Shown one piece after another: positions 61,777-64,000 of a stretch of DNA of 64,000 nt. Position numbers and translations under genes: made by a program. The stretch spans positions 3,750 through 67,749 of the forward strand of contig CAIZLB010000006.1 of the NCBI GenBank assembly GCA_903933735.1. The letters are read 5' to 3'. Position 1 is the first letter of the stretch, and every line of letters begins with the position of its first letter. The notes under the pieces are model-generated. The model had not been told where the DNA came from, did not search any database, and saw only the letters and a list, made by a program, of their open reading frames with translations. The DNA is from an uncultured bacterium (GTDB lineage: Bacteria; Patescibacteriota; Minisyncoccia; Phycocordibacterales; CAIZLB01).

Positions 61777-61910
61777 GTTTTTAGGTACATTGAAAACTAA
61801 CAAAAAGGTTGCTCGCCTACTAAGGTCGGAAAATAACATTTGTGGGCTTAGTAGACGGGCAAATCGACGATTCTCAAGGTTTCTAGGGCTATTTTCAACA
61901 AATAGCCCAC

Positions 61911-61950
61911 TTGTTGAGAAGATGGTGGTCTTATAGAGTTTAAGATTTAG
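61911..61950 (+). other. attR (phage inverted repeat, core GAGTTTA, displaced original ychF end)
   Basis: GAGTTTA 61936-61942; GAG TTT AAG ATT TAG = EFKI* versus EFRI* at attL. Confidence 0.85.
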
Positions 61951-61968
61951 TGTGTTAATATAACCCTC

Positions 61969-62781
61969 ATGAAAAAAACAACCATAGGCATACTCGGTCC
62001 GAAAGGGTCATATTCTGATCAGGTGGGATCTGAATACTCCAAAGATAATAATAAAGTATTTTTTGATAGTATCAATGAAGTTATACTAGCCTTATCTTCA
62101 AAAAAGATAGAGGGAGCTGTATTACCTTTAGAAAATTCAATACATGGTACTATTTTAGAAACCCTAGATGGTCTATATAATCATGATTTAAAAATAAATA
62201 AAGAAATAATATTAAAAATAGATCATGTTTTAGCAGGTGTAAATAAAAAAATATCTGCAAGTAAGATTAAATACATATACTCTCATCCTCAGGCTCTTGG
62301 TCAATGTAAAGTCTATTTACAAAAGAGATATCCAAAAGCAAAGCTTATACTAACTCCAAGCACATCTTTTGCAGTCAAAAAGGTGAAGGATGAAGATAGG
62401 AATGATTCATTGGCTATAGGCTCTAAATTTGCTGTCGATACTTACGGTCTATATATTGTTGATGAAGGTATTCAAGATATTAAAAATAATCAAACATTGT
62501 TTGTACACATATCAAGAAATACTGATAATAAAAATATATTACCGTTTACTTTTTTTGTGATAGATCCGAAAGTCGATAAAGTAGGAACACTACACGGAAT
62601 ACTTTCTATATTCAAAGAAAATAATATCAATCTACTTAAGATTGAATCTCGTCCGTCAACTAAAAAGCTAGGTAAATATATTTTCTATATTAAAGCTGAG
62701 ATATCATCAAAAGATAGAAATAGGGGTTTGATATTAAAAGAATTGAGAAAAAGTGGTAAAGTGACTCTGATAACAAAATAA
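61969..62781 (+). CDS. pheA: Prephenate dehydratase with ACT domain
   Basis: LGPKGSYS, VLPLENS..G, SHPQALGQC, IQD..NNQT.F, NL.KIESRP. Confidence 0.9.
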   Translation: MKKTTIGILGPKGSYSDQVGSEYSKDNNKVFFDSINEVILALSSKKIEGAVLPLENSIHGTILETLDGLYNHDLKINKEIILKIDHVLAGVNKKISASKIKYIYSHPQALGQCKVYLQKRYPKAKLILTPSTSFAVKKVKDEDRNDSLAIGSKFAVDTYGLYIVDEGIQDIKNNQTLFVHISRNTDNKNILPFTFFVIDPKVDKVGTLHGILSIFKENNINLLKIESRPSTKKLGKYIFYIKAEISSKDRNRGLILKELRKSGKVTLITK

Positions 62782-62837
62782 AAAGACTGTGACACCTTTC
62801 GGGGGTTATCACAGCTCAAACGTTATGAAAATATTTC

Positions 62838-63032
62838 TCAGGTGTGCCACTTACAGCCACACTGGAGACACTCATGATGGTATTCGGTGGGTTCCATTGC
62901 ATATGTTCTGGACTGGGTATGGATTTTATGACCTCTGCAATTTATGCACTCTCGACGATTGCTAAAGATAACTCTCATGGCGATATACAATAATAGAATT
63001 ATAACTCCAATGTACGGAAGATAGTCTTTCAT
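62838..63032 (-). CDS. Small membrane-anchored zinc-ribbon protein
   Basis: N-terminal TM, CxxC...CxxC. Confidence 0.55.
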   Translation of the reverse strand: MKDYLPYIGVIILLLYIAMRVIFSNRRECINCRGHKIHTQSRTYAMEPTEYHHECLQCGCKWHT

Positions 63033-63142
63033 GTTTTCGGTTCTTTCGTTCTAAACAATACTATATTTAATAAATTCTGCAAGTAAAAAACCAGGAGGAA
63101 TGGGTACCCCCTGGTCTGATAATGTGCCGGACCGGAGCCTAC

Positions 63143-63394
63143 TTAGGCCTCCTGCAGTTCGCGAGCAGGAGCTTTCGCGAAAGTGAATTTGTATCGGCCC
63201 GACAGTGCACGAAGGGCACCTTCGTACACATGCGGTGTGTTGCAGTGGAACTCCGCGGTGACTTTATGTACCCCTCCGGAAGCCCCTTGGTCAAAGGTGA
63301 GGTTGAAGTCTTTGCCTTCTTTGAGACGGTGATCCGTTTCGAGGCAGTGATAGACGATACCTTGCAGACGGCTTAGTGTGATTTTCTTTGCCAT
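63143..63394 (-). CDS. Hypothetical protein
   Basis: 83-aa ORF, upstream TTGACT promoter (~63511-63516), downstream hairpin. Confidence 0.55.
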   Translation of the reverse strand: MAKKITLSRLQGIVYHCLETDHRLKEGKDFNLTFDQGASGGVHKVTAEFHCNTPHVYEGALRALSGRYKFTFAKAPARELQEA

Positions 63395-63548
63395 GACAGT
63401 ATTTCGGTTTGTTTGTTTGGTATGGATTGGTGAAATCAGTCTACTCTGGACCCACCTGGGTTTTGATTACTCCGATTTCAGTTCTTAAATATATACCCAA
63501 AATAAATAATAGTCAAATCAAAAAAACTGTGCTAATATATCTTCCATT

Positions 63549-64000
63549 ATGGTAAACCAAGATCAAAAAGAATATTTATCAAAAGAGAGACAAGCAGAGC
63601 TTGTATCTGAGCTAGAGCTTCTAAAAACCGTTAGAAGAAAAGAGATAGCTGAGGATCTGGAGTATGCTAGAAGTCTCGGAGACTTAGCTGAAAACGCTGA
63701 GTTCAACAAAGCTCGTGAAGATCAAGCTATTGTCGAAGATCGTATCAGTCAGATACAGAGCGTCTTAGCAAATGCTGAGATCGTTAAAGTACATCACTCT
63801 TCAACAGCTGAGGTAGGGACTACAGTGTGTTTAGTTAAGAAAGGTTCAACTAAAGAGATAGTTTATATGTTAGTCGGATCTGAAGAGATTGATTTTACAC
63901 AGAACAAGATATCATTAAAATCACCTATAGGTGTAGCTATATCAGGAAAAACCAAGGGAGACTCTATAAAAGTAAAACTACCAAATGGTACAGAAGAGTT
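63549..64000 (+). CDS. greA: Transcription elongation factor GreA (3'-truncated)
   Basis: RKEIAEDLEYARSLGDLAENAEF..AREDQ; IS..SPIG.A. Confidence 0.95.
   Translation, partial: MVNQDQKEYLSKERQAELVSELELLKTVRRKEIAEDLEYARSLGDLAENAEFNKAREDQAIVEDRISQIQSVLANAEIVKVHHSSTAEVGTTVCLVKKGSTKEIVYMLVGSEEIDFTQNKISLKSPIGVAISGKTKGDSIKVKLPNGTEE

Larger units (their letters stand above)
25916..61942 (+). mobile_element. Prophage (~36.0 kb), temperate podovirus-like, integrated in 3' end of ychF
   Basis: GAGTTTA direct repeat at both ends, 21/25 inverted repeats inside the ends, integrase, terminase, portal, capsid, tail, lysin; compositional shift at both borders. Confidence 0.92.

Noticed and set aside
25926-61935. 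DDE transposon or Mu-like phage suggested by terminal inverted repeats
   Set aside because: No transposase; a tyrosine integrase, 7-bp core and restored ychF end explain the repeats as att arms

Overview
The window is an AT-rich bacterial chromosome segment. Its gene content and style point to Patescibacteria/CPR, probably Parcubacteria (inference): short ProRS, leaderless genes and many orphan ORFs. Host genes include proS, infA, dnaJ, rplU, recR, dnaB, cysS, ychF, pheA and greA, plus a VapBC-like pair and a 2278-aa secreted tandem GH43 protein. An apparently complete ~36.0-kb temperate podovirus-like prophage is integrated in the last codons of ychF (7-bp core GAGTTTA at 25916-25922 and 61936-61942). 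It carries early/replication genes, two DNA methylases (one with an overlapping alternative-frame subunit), packaging/head/tail/ejection/lysis genes, a defence cargo block (two-MTase RM system, RloC-like ATPase, DUF2779, PRTase-like) and a tyrosine integrase. I found no CI/Cro-type repressor. The sequence instead suggests an RNA- and recombination-based switch with four parts. (1) An outward promoter and anti-terminator at the right end reach the terminator-gated early operon only after excision. (2) A ~210-nt structured RNA lies upstream of the integrase, and its terminal loop is complementary to a 51-nt motif present twice, once over the start codons of a SymE-like gene. (3) A palindromic operator flanks a tiny basic KGG protein. 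(4) Four late promoters share a fixed-spacing motif. All functional interpretations are by eye and untested.
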